Made by a program: the position numbers and the translations under genes. Shown here in pieces: positions 17,401-26,455 of a DNA stretch of 64,000 nucleotides (within the stretch, counting starts at the first letter, position 1; the number at the start of each line of letters is the position of its first letter). The notes below the pieces were generated by a model. The model did no database searches, was not told where the DNA came from, and worked only from the letters and a program-made list of their open reading frames with translations. The stretch is from positions 415 to 64,414 of the forward strand of contig JACQMV010000035.1 in the NCBI GenBank assembly GCA_016203395.1, written 5' to 3'. This DNA comes from Candidatus Woesearchaeota archaeon. Its GTDB lineage: Archaea > Nanobdellota > Nanobdellia > Woesearchaeales > ARS49.

Positions 17401-20038
17401 CAGAATCCTCCAAATAACTCTCCCATGATAGCGTTTCATGAATCAAAAAACGCGGTTGATCTTTAAGCAATTCCTTAACAACCCTATACTCATTATGTTC
17501 AGCCAATCTCTCGCGGATGAAACGCACTTTTGTTGATACACACGTCCCTTTTTTGTTTTCTGCTATACGCCTAACAACGCGGTCTGTTGCGTTCTCTAAA
17601 TCAATTCCAATAAAATTAACTGAATCGGCAATGTCGCGCATGGACTCTCTTGTCGGTTCATGGCAGAAATACAATTCAAAAGCAAGACCCATTCTTTTGT
17701 CACAATCCAGCAACCCGTATCTTGTCAAAAACGCACTCCTGTGATTTCGTTCAAGAAGCATAGCCATATTATTCGGAGTAATACTTGCGAGACGCTCAAC
17801 TTCTAAAGGAAATGCAGAAGCGAGCCATTCATCAATAACAGGAAAACGTTTACTAACATCATGCAAAAGCGAGTGGATAACTGCATTTTTTCTGGTATAA
17901 TCAAGCCATCTGATTTCTGTTTCTAAGCGAGAAAGGTCTTTCTTCGCATACCATTGCCTAAAGAATTCAGTAGGAGGGTAAACTAATGAATCAATACAAG
18001 TCCAAAGCACCCTTGAATTTATGTTTGTTGCATCTGCATAAGGAGATTTTGCACGTGTTGCTAATGCATGAGCAAGAGGAATTACTGTGTAAGCAAATGC
18101 GTTATCCTCCTTAATAGCGCTGACTAACTGCTGAAGTTCAGGGTTGTTACCATTCAAGCCAAAATGAGGATGCTCCGATCTACCGTCATTAAACATAGCC
18201 ATTAACTTCTTGCTCTTACTCAACACAAGATGAAACGGACATTCATAGCAATCATTTATTCTATCAACCCCTTTAGCGACAGTGTCCAAAACAAGTATTA
18301 AGTCAGCAAATTCTCTGGCTTTTTCTATCCTCTTCTTTTCTTCCTGTGCTTTTTCATCCTCTGCTGTTTTATTCAGCGAGTTTGAAAGCCACTCAAAAGG
18401 AGTTCTAAACATCTTACCAATATCAAACTTAGCTATTTTGACAGCACGATCTGCTGTACTTTCCAACAAAGGGGCGTATTTTTGCAGTTTTGAGCTACAA
18501 CTTTGTTTCAACCTGCGAATCCCCTCTATGTTCCTGTTAACAACGTAGTAAACGCCTGCTCCAGCAGCACCAGCACTTGCGGTAGTTGCTCCTGCAGCTG
18601 CAAGCAGCTTTAGTGCAGGTACAATATTCTGCCCCATATCAAACGTGCTGTATGCAAGCAAGCTAATACCCGAACCATAAGTCACGAGCGCAGTAGCACA
18701 AGCAGCTTTTTCACCAAGCAATTCTTCAACCTTTTTAAAAGGATGCATTAAGAAATTTGCTTGGGCTAAATACCTCACCCGAGTACGCTCCAAATACTCC
18801 TGCCTTCTCTGGCCAAAAGCAGCGTCTGAAATATAGGCATCATAATCCTGCACAGCACACCTCCAACTCGGGCTAGTAGTAGAAAAAATATAAGGATTAT
18901 CGCCTTTTAAAAGCAGGATAACAAATGGTTTTTTAGTGTCCTTTCTATGCGTATAAAAAATAATGCCTTTGTGTTGCTCCATCCTCTGCCTTTCTAAATC
19001 ATATATTGAATACACCCTGCCTTCATTATCGCGAAAAACCCCAGCAAGCAGTACGTGCCTCTTAATATCTGACAAACTGAGAGTGTTAGGATGGTCAAGC
19101 GATATAACACCAGCAACACTACGATACGCTTTGATACTTGATTCTGCCCTATCAAAAAAGAACCTTTTCGTAAATGTTCTTTCATTCACAAAAGGAGAAC
19201 GAATGTGCTCGTCAATAATCCCTTTTTCAAGAGCTTCCATTGCTTTGCCAACAACTGCTTTCAACAGGGTTACCTGCTTATCCTGCTCAAGCGAACGCCC
19301 GATACTAAACAATGGAAGTGTATCACAGTTTGCAATACCCCAAAAATCTTCATAACCCCATTTAAGATTCCCTATACTAATCCCTTTTCTAAGAACTCTA
19401 GTAGTGCCATAACAAGGATGGTCATAATGCGATTCTCTTGATTCACCCGTTCCTACAACACCTGTTATCCCTGAATCAGTAAATTCTTGCACAACACAAC
19501 AAGGAAATTTTAGTGGCTTGCTTAACTGTTTTTTCCCTTGAAATATCGGGGCAGTTGAATACAGACACTTTTTTCTAATACAAGGTGTTTCGTAATCAAA
19601 CAATGAATGAGTATTCTTTTCAACCATTACAAGTATTCCATTATCAAGAGAGCCAGTGCTGAAATTAGGATTGCCATTTTCATCAATTTCCAAACGCGTT
19701 TTTTCACCTCCCACAGAGGATTCAAGAAATATTCTTTTTGGACTGATTGCTAAAGCAGACATAAGCAAAACAAGAAGCCCTTCTGCTTTTCCAGCATCAA
19801 TAGCACTGCTGCCAGATGCGTAAATATCCTCAAGCTCTTTTCTTGTAAAACCGCCGGAAGGTGAGCGCACTCCAAAGGTGCTTGAAGTTCTACACAAGAC
19901 CATTCTTGAAGGATTGGTTTCTGCAACGAACCGAACAAGATTAACCGCATACTGCGCTTTATCATTTGTTTGATACATTGCCAGCTTTCTTACTTTGCTT
20001 GCCAAGTTCACCTTATACGGAAAATCACTGTCTGGCAT
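17393..20038 (-). CDS. Large protein (about 880 aa), paralog of 14653..17400, with a more degenerate GHKL-like N-domain and a Gly/Ala-rich segment
   Basis: It shares MPDSDFPYKVNL with the MNKDFPYTVDV of its neighbour. It has LVRFVAETNPS / RSPSGGFTRKEL / GLLVLLMSALAIS in positions equivalent to the N, G1 and G2 boxes. The Gly/Ala-rich stretch is LKLLAAAGATTASAGAAGAGVYYVV. Start chosen at ATG 20038 by paralogy, a 14-nt overlap. Confidence 0.5.
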   Translation of the reverse strand: MPDSDFPYKVNLASKVRKLAMYQTNDKAQYAVNLVRFVAETNPSRMVLCRTSSTFGVRSPSGGFTRKELEDIYASGSSAIDAGKAEGLLVLLMSALAISPKRIFLESSVGGEKTRLEIDENGNPNFSTGSLDNGILVMVEKNTHSLFDYETPCIRKKCLYSTAPIFQGKKQLSKPLKFPCCVVQEFTDSGITGVVGTGESRESHYDHPCYGTTRVLRKGISIGNLKWGYEDFWGIANCDTLPLFSIGRSLEQDKQVTLLKAVVGKAMEALEKGIIDEHIRSPFVNERTFTKRFFFDRAESSIKAYRSVAGVISLDHPNTLSLSDIKRHVLLAGVFRDNEGRVYSIYDLERQRMEQHKGIIFYTHRKDTKKPFVILLLKGDNPYIFSTTSPSWRCAVQDYDAYISDAAFGQRRQEYLERTRVRYLAQANFLMHPFKKVEELLGEKAACATALVTYGSGISLLAYSTFDMGQNIVPALKLLAAAGATTASAGAAGAGVYYVVNRNIEGIRRLKQSCSSKLQKYAPLLESTADRAVKIAKFDIGKMFRTPFEWLSNSLNKTAEDEKAQEEKKRIEKAREFADLILVLDTVAKGVDRINDCYECPFHLVLSKSKKLMAMFNDGRSEHPHFGLNGNNPELQQLVSAIKEDNAFAYTVIPLAHALATRAKSPYADATNINSRVLWTCIDSLVYPPTEFFRQWYAKKDLSRLETEIRWLDYTRKNAVIHSLLHDVSKRFPVIDEWLASAFPLEVERLASITPNNMAMLLERNHRSAFLTRYGLLDCDKRMGLAFELYFCHEPTRESMRDIADSVNFIGIDLENATDRVVRRIAENKKGTCVSTKVRFIRERLAEHNEYRVVKELLKDQPRFLIHETLSWESYLEDSDE

Positions 20039-22058
20039 TTTCAAGCTCCATAAATTTTTTGAAAAACCTTTTTTGAAACCTATGCGGATTGCCACTCAGG
20101 TAATATCTTGAAACTCCTTCAGTATACAACAAACTAATTGCGAAATAAGCAGCAAAGCATGGCTTTTTTGCATAATCATACTTTTCTGCAATAGCCATAA
20201 GCCGCCTTACTGTCGGACTGTTGAGGTTCACATAAACCTCTGTTTTACCTGACAATCCGAACTCAGACATGCTGATAAGATTCTGACCGCCAGAAGAGCC
20301 ATATCCTGCTTGCAGAAAACTGAAAGGAAAATCTTTTGTTTCGTTCAACACCTTTTCAGCCATAACCTCAACAATCTTTTTTCCAAGGTCATACTCCCTT
20401 ATTGCCCCTCTAATCAAATCACAGAACCTTTTTTCTTCAGCACTCAAATTCTGTGCTGTAACCTTTGACATAAACCTATACTGTTCTTCAACTTTCTTAA
20501 CCGTAACAATCTGGCTAAGAAATTCTTCAGGAAATGTCGAAGCAGAATCATACAATTTTGTTCTTATTATCGTTTTTCCTGCCTTCTGAAGCGCACTTGT
20601 AAGATCATTATGAGAAGCAGCAACATACACTACTTTGTTCTCCTTTGCCAGTCTCAAGACATCAGTAATAGACAAACACTCTCCCTGAGTTGTTTGAAAA
20701 ATACGGCGCTGAAGACAATCAGCAGGCAGGAATTGCCATACTTTCTTTTTCCGCACAATCTGAAAACTTCCTTTCTGAGTAAGCTTGCCTACCTGAATAT
20801 CGTAATTTTCCTCATACACTGTTGCAGTGCATTCCCGCAAAGGCAGAAAAGAACGAGCATGCTCACTCTGTGCTACTGCTTTAAGCTTGAGTTTTTTCAA
20901 ATGATTTGAAAGTGTTTCCAACAAAATGGAATACTCCTGAGACAATTCACCAATTTCTTTGTAAAAATCGTAATCTGTTGAATGCCTCTGACGTAGTTGT
21001 TGCACATTCATTGTTGTTATTTCCTCTAAACGCCTGTAAATCTGCTTTACAAGAAGCGGCTCCTGAGCACGAACAATTGCTAACGCATGCTCAAAATAAG
21101 AATCCCTCATTGCCTGCGTTCTGTCAATAGTGTGTTTAAACCTCGGAGATTCCAATAGCACAGACCACGAGTCGTTGGTTAAATTCCTGCCTTGTTCAAT
21201 AGAAATACCGTGCTCCTCAATCTGATAATCTGCAACAGCACGTTCATTATTACGCTGTTTTCTCAGTGCAATAACTCCTTTCAAATCACCGCTTGAAAAC
21301 TTAATCTTTGCAACAGCATCCTCAATATCAAAGGGCCGGTTGATTGTCATTTTATTGATGTACATAGGAATTTCAATATGATGTGCCCGTGAAGTAACCT
21401 CAGACATCATTCTGCTGATGAAATCAACTGCATGATGCTGCGCATCAAAATGCCTAACAAAGATTTCTCTTGTTCCACGATCTTTTGGCTTTGTTTTTGA
21501 CAAAGCCGGATCAGTAATAAGGTCATAAACATAATTCAGCGATTTAATTGAAAATATCTGCTGATTGAACTGGTCTTCACGCCCGGTAACATTCGTAAAC
21601 CGCGCCTGCCACCACTCAGCGTCTTTTGTTGATTCAATAGCATACACGTCAGGAAGCAGTTTGAAAACTGATTTCCCTCCAATACCAAATTTGCCTGCTT
21701 TTGTTACATCAAACTCCTTGGCTGAAAAATACATGTTAAAAAACCTACTGTCACGGTCCTCATGAGTCATGCCTATACCATAGTCCTCAGATACTATCAT
21801 AACTGTGAAAAGAGAATTGCCACAATTTGCTTTAAACTCATCAAGCATACCCAATCCGGCAAGCCGTGAGTCTCTTTCAGCATCTGGCTTTTGCTCATCT
21901 AAAAAATACCACCAGTCTATCTGAGGCGTTTCTGAATCACGATGATTCTGAACAAGCTCTACCCACGCCATTTCAGCCCTTGGAAACTGGTCAACAACCT
22001 GCTCAAGATTTCTTCTGGCATCCTCAAGAACAGGATCATCAAGAACAAACTGCGTCAT
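20025..22058 (-). CDS. GHKL-superfamily (Hsp90/MORC/MutL-like Bergerat fold) ATPase, 677 aa
   Basis: N-box ELVQNHRDS. G1 box EDYGIGMTHED. G2 box GKFGIGGKSVFK. The roughly 500-aa C-terminal region is unassigned. Confidence 0.65.
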   Translation of the reverse strand: MTQFVLDDPVLEDARRNLEQVVDQFPRAEMAWVELVQNHRDSETPQIDWWYFLDEQKPDAERDSRLAGLGMLDEFKANCGNSLFTVMIVSEDYGIGMTHEDRDSRFFNMYFSAKEFDVTKAGKFGIGGKSVFKLLPDVYAIESTKDAEWWQARFTNVTGREDQFNQQIFSIKSLNYVYDLITDPALSKTKPKDRGTREIFVRHFDAQHHAVDFISRMMSEVTSRAHHIEIPMYINKMTINRPFDIEDAVAKIKFSSGDLKGVIALRKQRNNERAVADYQIEEHGISIEQGRNLTNDSWSVLLESPRFKHTIDRTQAMRDSYFEHALAIVRAQEPLLVKQIYRRLEEITTMNVQQLRQRHSTDYDFYKEIGELSQEYSILLETLSNHLKKLKLKAVAQSEHARSFLPLRECTATVYEENYDIQVGKLTQKGSFQIVRKKKVWQFLPADCLQRRIFQTTQGECLSITDVLRLAKENKVVYVAASHNDLTSALQKAGKTIIRTKLYDSASTFPEEFLSQIVTVKKVEEQYRFMSKVTAQNLSAEEKRFCDLIRGAIREYDLGKKIVEVMAEKVLNETKDFPFSFLQAGYGSSGGQNLISMSEFGLSGKTEVYVNLNSPTVRRLMAIAEKYDYAKKPCFAAYFAISLLYTEGVSRYYLSGNPHRFQKRFFKKFMELENARQ

Positions 22059-23037
22059 CTTTCACCCCGGGAATTACAAAAACACGCTCACCAACAAGAA
22101 TGTTTTTTGTTGAAACATAATAACGAGACAACAGTTCCCTAAATTCTGTTGAATCCCTGCTTGAATGATTCGCAGAAACCTCTTTTGACATGACTGCTAA
22201 AGCACAACCATCACCAATTGAGGAAAATACTTTGAAAGCAAGATCATCTGCCTGAATAGTTCTTTGAGTGACGCTCGTTGCAGGAAAATAAAAAGGGCCT
22301 ATTGTTGACATCGTAACCCTCAAAGGGCGTAAGTTTTTGTAATGCTGTATTATCTTAAAAAGTTCTGAGGGCTCAACATGATAAGCGCGCTCAAAAACAG
22401 AACGCAAAAAACTGCACAATTCAACACCATCAGGAGAAAACCTTATTTTGGCTTTTGAAAACAGCTTTTCAACATAAGCCATTTCTGCTGTATACTTCAC
22501 AAACAAGTTTTTTGTCACATCAAAACCATCAATAACAACATCAATTCCGTGCTCATTCTGCGTCCTGCCACTGTAACTAGCAGCAATGGAAATTAAAGCA
22601 ATGAAAGGAAAGTCTTTGACACGCTCATAATACTTTCTCATCTTCAAACTCTTTCTTGGAGCGTCTAATACGCTGAGAGATGGAACAGTAATTTCGGACA
22701 ATGTCTGCTTTACAAGCCCAACAACCTTTTCAGTATTATGAGTTCGCGCAAGACTATCACTGGCAATTCTTTTATCAACCTCTAATGCCATATAACTTCC
22801 TCTTGTCGGAAAACCAGATTCTAAATCAACCTCCAAACCATCATGAATTTTACAGGCAATCGCCGAAGTCATTAATGATAAGGAATCAATAATGTATTCT
22901 GTATCAGGATACCTTGGAGTAAGAATGCCCACTCTCTGCGAATGCCTTAAAGCAGAGAATAATAAAGAAAGATAATCTAGCGATTCCTGACTGGAAAATC
23001 TTTTGACAGGGGTTTCCAAAACAGGGTGTTGTAGCAT
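22039..23037 (-). CDS. Hypothetical protein (332 aa)
   Basis: ORF in operon context, overlapping the next gene by 20 nt. No motif recognised. Confidence 0.45.
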   Translation of the reverse strand: MLQHPVLETPVKRFSSQESLDYLSLLFSALRHSQRVGILTPRYPDTEYIIDSLSLMTSAIACKIHDGLEVDLESGFPTRGSYMALEVDKRIASDSLARTHNTEKVVGLVKQTLSEITVPSLSVLDAPRKSLKMRKYYERVKDFPFIALISIAASYSGRTQNEHGIDVVIDGFDVTKNLFVKYTAEMAYVEKLFSKAKIRFSPDGVELCSFLRSVFERAYHVEPSELFKIIQHYKNLRPLRVTMSTIGPFYFPATSVTQRTIQADDLAFKVFSSIGDGCALAVMSKEVSANHSSRDSTEFRELLSRYYVSTKNILVGERVFVIPGVKDDAVCS

Positions 23038-23054
23038 AGCATCATTTTTTTTTC

Positions 23055-24251
23055 TTATGGTGTATCTTCTTCTTTCGGTGAAGGGAGCTTTTTTACGTAT
23101 TCACTAAGCCCGGTTCCTTGCGAGTCAGCGGCAGCAAGATATCTCTGCACTGCAGAAGGATTGCCTTCTCTTAGTGACTGAAGTGTTGCAATAAGCGCCT
23201 GTTTCGCGCCTCCCTCATCAGCTACTAGTGCCTGGAGCGCGCTTTCAGCTGCCTGGTTGCTTGCATCAATAATGTCAGGAAGGAATACCTGAGAACTAAC
23301 TAATCCTTCATGATTCTTTGCAAGAAGTTCAAGTGACTGTCCGGATGCCTTCATTGTTGCATTCAAAACTTTATTTAGGTCAGTATACATTCCCGCAGTC
23401 TTCTCATATAGTTCTGCAACCTTTGCTAACTGAGTCATCTGTTTAAGCATTGGACCTTTTTTATCCAGTGTGCTTCCAACTTTAGCAACTTGATCAATAA
23501 GCATGGCTGCATAAAGCGCTAACTGTTGAGCTATTGCCCTGCTGCTTTCTATATCCTCAACAAGTTCATAAGTTCTTGATTTAGCAACAGAATTATTTAT
23601 TCTTGCTTCTTCAATGCTCTGCTCAAGCAAACTAATGGCTCTATGTAATTCTATGCCTTCTGTAGGCAATTCAGCAGCAGGAATGTTTTTATATTTTTTG
23701 AATTGCTCAGTTGCTAGCGCATATTGTCCATCAAGCTCTCTCCCATACTTTTCTATACGCTCTCTTGTTTTTGCAAGACCAACAAGTTCATCTTCTGCCT
23801 GGCTGATACTTGTTCTTAATTGTTTAAGCGTACTTAATATTCCTTCATCATTCTCAACATAGGTTCGTATAGTTGCAATGCGCTCTCTCGTTTTTGCAAT
23901 AAAACTTTCAAGAAATTCATTAACTTCCTGTCTTGCAAGATAACTGCCTAGCCAAGGAACTTTATGAACCAGAGCGTTGCCTGCTTCTTTTGCACTTTCC
24001 CATCTTTTTCCCTCTGAAAATATCCCTTTAACTGCAGGCAGAAACTCTTCGTGTTTCTTGACTGTAGCTGCGACCATGGTTCTGACCTCTTCCCATATCT
24101 TACCTGTTTCGCCCATAACTTTTTCTGCTTTTTTCCTTTTCTCAGCCCTTTCCAGTGACGCTTGTTTTGATTCTGCAATTAAATTAGTAAGTTCAGGTAG
24201 AGCAGCATTTGGCTCGGAAGTCATAAGTGATAATTTTCCTGAATTATTCAT
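23055..24251 (-). CDS. Alpha-helical, coiled-coil-rich hypothetical protein (398 aa)
   Basis: Highly charged heptad-like sequence with E/K/L/A-rich runs. The start overlaps the ClpX-like gene by 8 nt. Confidence 0.45.
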   Translation of the reverse strand: MNNSGKLSLMTSEPNAALPELTNLIAESKQASLERAEKRKKAEKVMGETGKIWEEVRTMVAATVKKHEEFLPAVKGIFSEGKRWESAKEAGNALVHKVPWLGSYLARQEVNEFLESFIAKTRERIATIRTYVENDEGILSTLKQLRTSISQAEDELVGLAKTRERIEKYGRELDGQYALATEQFKKYKNIPAAELPTEGIELHRAISLLEQSIEEARINNSVAKSRTYELVEDIESSRAIAQQLALYAAMLIDQVAKVGSTLDKKGPMLKQMTQLAKVAELYEKTAGMYTDLNKVLNATMKASGQSLELLAKNHEGLVSSQVFLPDIIDASNQAAESALQALVADEGGAKQALIATLQSLREGNPSAVQRYLAAADSQGTGLSEYVKKLPSPKEEDTP

Positions 24252-26043
24252 TTTTATTGCCTGCCTTTTGCTTTAGCTTTCGCTTAACATAGCTATTTAA
24301 ATAAGCATCAGGATTGTTTAAGAAATCTTTAGTAACTGTAAACGTATCTTGTTTTATAAGCTTTAAAGCATACGGAAGAGTGGCTGTTGCGCTTTCAAGC
24401 GCACTAATAAATGCCTGCGGCCTCAAAGCATCAAATTCTATTCCTTTAACATTAATCCTCAAAGCAATGTCTTCTTTAGTAAGATACTTTCTTGCAAATC
24501 CTCTAAAATAGTGCTGTATGAAAAAGCAATCACTCTCTGCTTTCGGCTCCTGCACAAAAGAAGGCGAGATTCTCACATTATTAACTCCTGTTAATCCAGG
24601 AAGACCGGTTCTTAAATGACAAAGAACGTCCTCAGTAACAGTCATTATTGACCTTGCACCAAGCCCAAGAGAGTGCGCTTTTTTGGCCATTGCTCTTAAG
24701 GCATCATCATCAAATTCTACACTAACACCTGTTGCAGAACGTATCAGATTCTGCTGTTGCTTCAAAAGAGAAATATCTGACTCAGTCATTATGCGCAAAA
24801 TGTCATTTTCTGTAAGATCATGAAATGGAGCAATATATGGAAGACGACCAACTAACTGGTGAAGGAAGCCATACTCGGTAAGGTCCTGTGAACTAACTTT
24901 TGTTAAAAGCCCATACTTTCTTGCACTAGCAACATCGTTTGTTTCTCTCTTAAACCCTACTGTCTGTTCTCCTAAACGTTTTTCAACAATGTCTTCAATA
25001 CCTTCAAAAGCACCACCTAAAACAAAAAGAATGTATTTTGTGGATATTTTTCTCTGATTGCCGAACATTGTTGTCAGTGGGTTATGATCAGGTAAAGCAT
25101 CAATCAAGCAGTTTTCAAGCATTCTCAAAAATGTTCCCTGAGTTTCTTTTGAAAACCAACCACCCACTCCTTCAGTGCCTTTTACAAGTTTGTCTGCCTC
25201 ATCAATAAAAATAACGCCATAAGGCACAAGAGAATGATCCTTTGACTGCTTGTATAATTCCCTTACTGCATCAGTAGCATCTTTGCCGTAAATTCCTGTT
25301 GGAGTAAACTGGGTTGCATCAACTGCAAGAAAAGGAAGACCTACTACTTTTGCAAGAGCACTGACAAGCGAAGTCTTACCAACACCAGTTGAGCCGATGC
25401 ACAAAACACCACCTTTGCGATAATCTGGAATTTCAGCTCCTTTAATTGCTTGCTGAACAGCACTTGCATGATAAAAGAATGCATTAGCCAATACCTGTTT
25501 AGCCCCATCCTGACCAATAATAGTTTTGTCAAGGGCGGCAATCATTTCCAAAGGCAAAGGGCAGTGTGTGAGAGATTTTGGCTGAGCAGATACTTTATGT
25601 TCGGCTTCAGAAACAGGAGATTCTGGCTGAAAAAAAGGAGAGTTCTCAAATATCTCTCTGAACAGGTCCTTAGGAAATAAGTCCTCAGGAGAACCACTTA
25701 ACTTTCTCATGTTTTTCAACACCTCTTTGAGCATTTGTTCCCTTTTACCTTCTAAAATCGGCCGCACCTTATCTGGAGGAGGTAATTTATTATCTACAAC
25801 AAGCTGATGAAGTTTAGAATACATTGTTGAACCGTCATCTTTTTTTGAAGGAGCATAGCCAAACCTTTGGTCATATCCGTCAACAAACGCGGTTATTCTT
25901 CCTTTCACAAATGGCTTTGCTGCCCTAGTTAAGAAATTTGTTGGCATGCTATCAATTTCATTCATAATTGCTTTTGCATACGCCCTTACTTTTTCCGTCT
26001 CTGATAACTTATCCCACGCAGGGTCCTTTTCACGGTCAGCCAT
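24244..26043 (-). CDS. ClpX/HslU-like AAA+ unfoldase ATPase (orphan: no Zn-binding N-domain, no adjacent peptidase)
   Basis: IIGQDGAKQVLANAFFYH resembles ClpX VIGQEQAKKVLAVAVYNH. Walker A GSTGVGKTSL. Pore-loop-like TGIYGKDA (ClpX GYVGEDV). Walker B VIFIDEADKL. There is an approximately 160-aa N-terminus and an approximately 100-aa C-terminal extension, both novel. Confidence 0.65.
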   Translation of the reverse strand: MADREKDPAWDKLSETEKVRAYAKAIMNEIDSMPTNFLTRAAKPFVKGRITAFVDGYDQRFGYAPSKKDDGSTMYSKLHQLVVDNKLPPPDKVRPILEGKREQMLKEVLKNMRKLSGSPEDLFPKDLFREIFENSPFFQPESPVSEAEHKVSAQPKSLTHCPLPLEMIAALDKTIIGQDGAKQVLANAFFYHASAVQQAIKGAEIPDYRKGGVLCIGSTGVGKTSLVSALAKVVGLPFLAVDATQFTPTGIYGKDATDAVRELYKQSKDHSLVPYGVIFIDEADKLVKGTEGVGGWFSKETQGTFLRMLENCLIDALPDHNPLTTMFGNQRKISTKYILFVLGGAFEGIEDIVEKRLGEQTVGFKRETNDVASARKYGLLTKVSSQDLTEYGFLHQLVGRLPYIAPFHDLTENDILRIMTESDISLLKQQQNLIRSATGVSVEFDDDALRAMAKKAHSLGLGARSIMTVTEDVLCHLRTGLPGLTGVNNVRISPSFVQEPKAESDCFFIQHYFRGFARKYLTKEDIALRINVKGIEFDALRPQAFISALESATATLPYALKLIKQDTFTVTKDFLNNPDAYLNSYVKRKLKQKAGNKNE

Positions 26044-26154
26044 TCAAAAGTTATATCTGGATAGTTTATAAACCTATCTTAAAAAACTCACTACCGAGTG
26101 AGCACACTCCTGCTAAAAATCATCTGAGCAAATAACATATCTGCCTTGCAGCCC

Positions 26155-26450
26155 GTGCTAATTCTTGTCTTAAATGATGTTATAGGTTATCAGCAGCCAT
26201 TGCTAATTCTTATCTTAAGAGGTTATAACTTATCAGCAATCTTTGTGCTATGATTGTGAACTTTAACGCAATTAGCCGTTTTATTGACAAGAGCAATACC
26301 ATTTGTTGCAAATGATTGCAAACACGGTGCAAGCACATGGTAAGAGCTAAGTATAGCAACAAAACAAGATACCTTCAAACTACTCATCAAGCCACAAGAG
26401 CTGCGAGCCAGATACTAATTTATACACCCGGAGTATTTTTAGCAGATTTT
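26155..26450 (+). repeat. Dispersed modular intergenic repeat, copy B (plus orientation; 5' module tandemly duplicated)
   Basis: ctaattcttgtcttaaatgatgttataggttatcagcagcc and ctaattcttatcttaagaggttataacttatcagcaatc are a tandem pair. Then tgctatgattgtgaactttaacgcaattagcc...ttgacaagagcaataccatttgttgcaaatgattgcaaacac...ggtaagagctaagtatagcaacaaaacaag...caagccacaagagctg...agtatttttagca. Confidence 0.7.
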
Positions 26451-26455
26451 AGTAA

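Noticed and set aside
20025-22058. Equating the GHKL operon with a specific named defence system (for example MORC/MutL-like R-M-associated ATPases or Mza-type systems)
   Set aside because: No methyltransferase, nuclease, Z1 or AIPR-like partner is recognisable in the operon. Naming a system would be guesswork.
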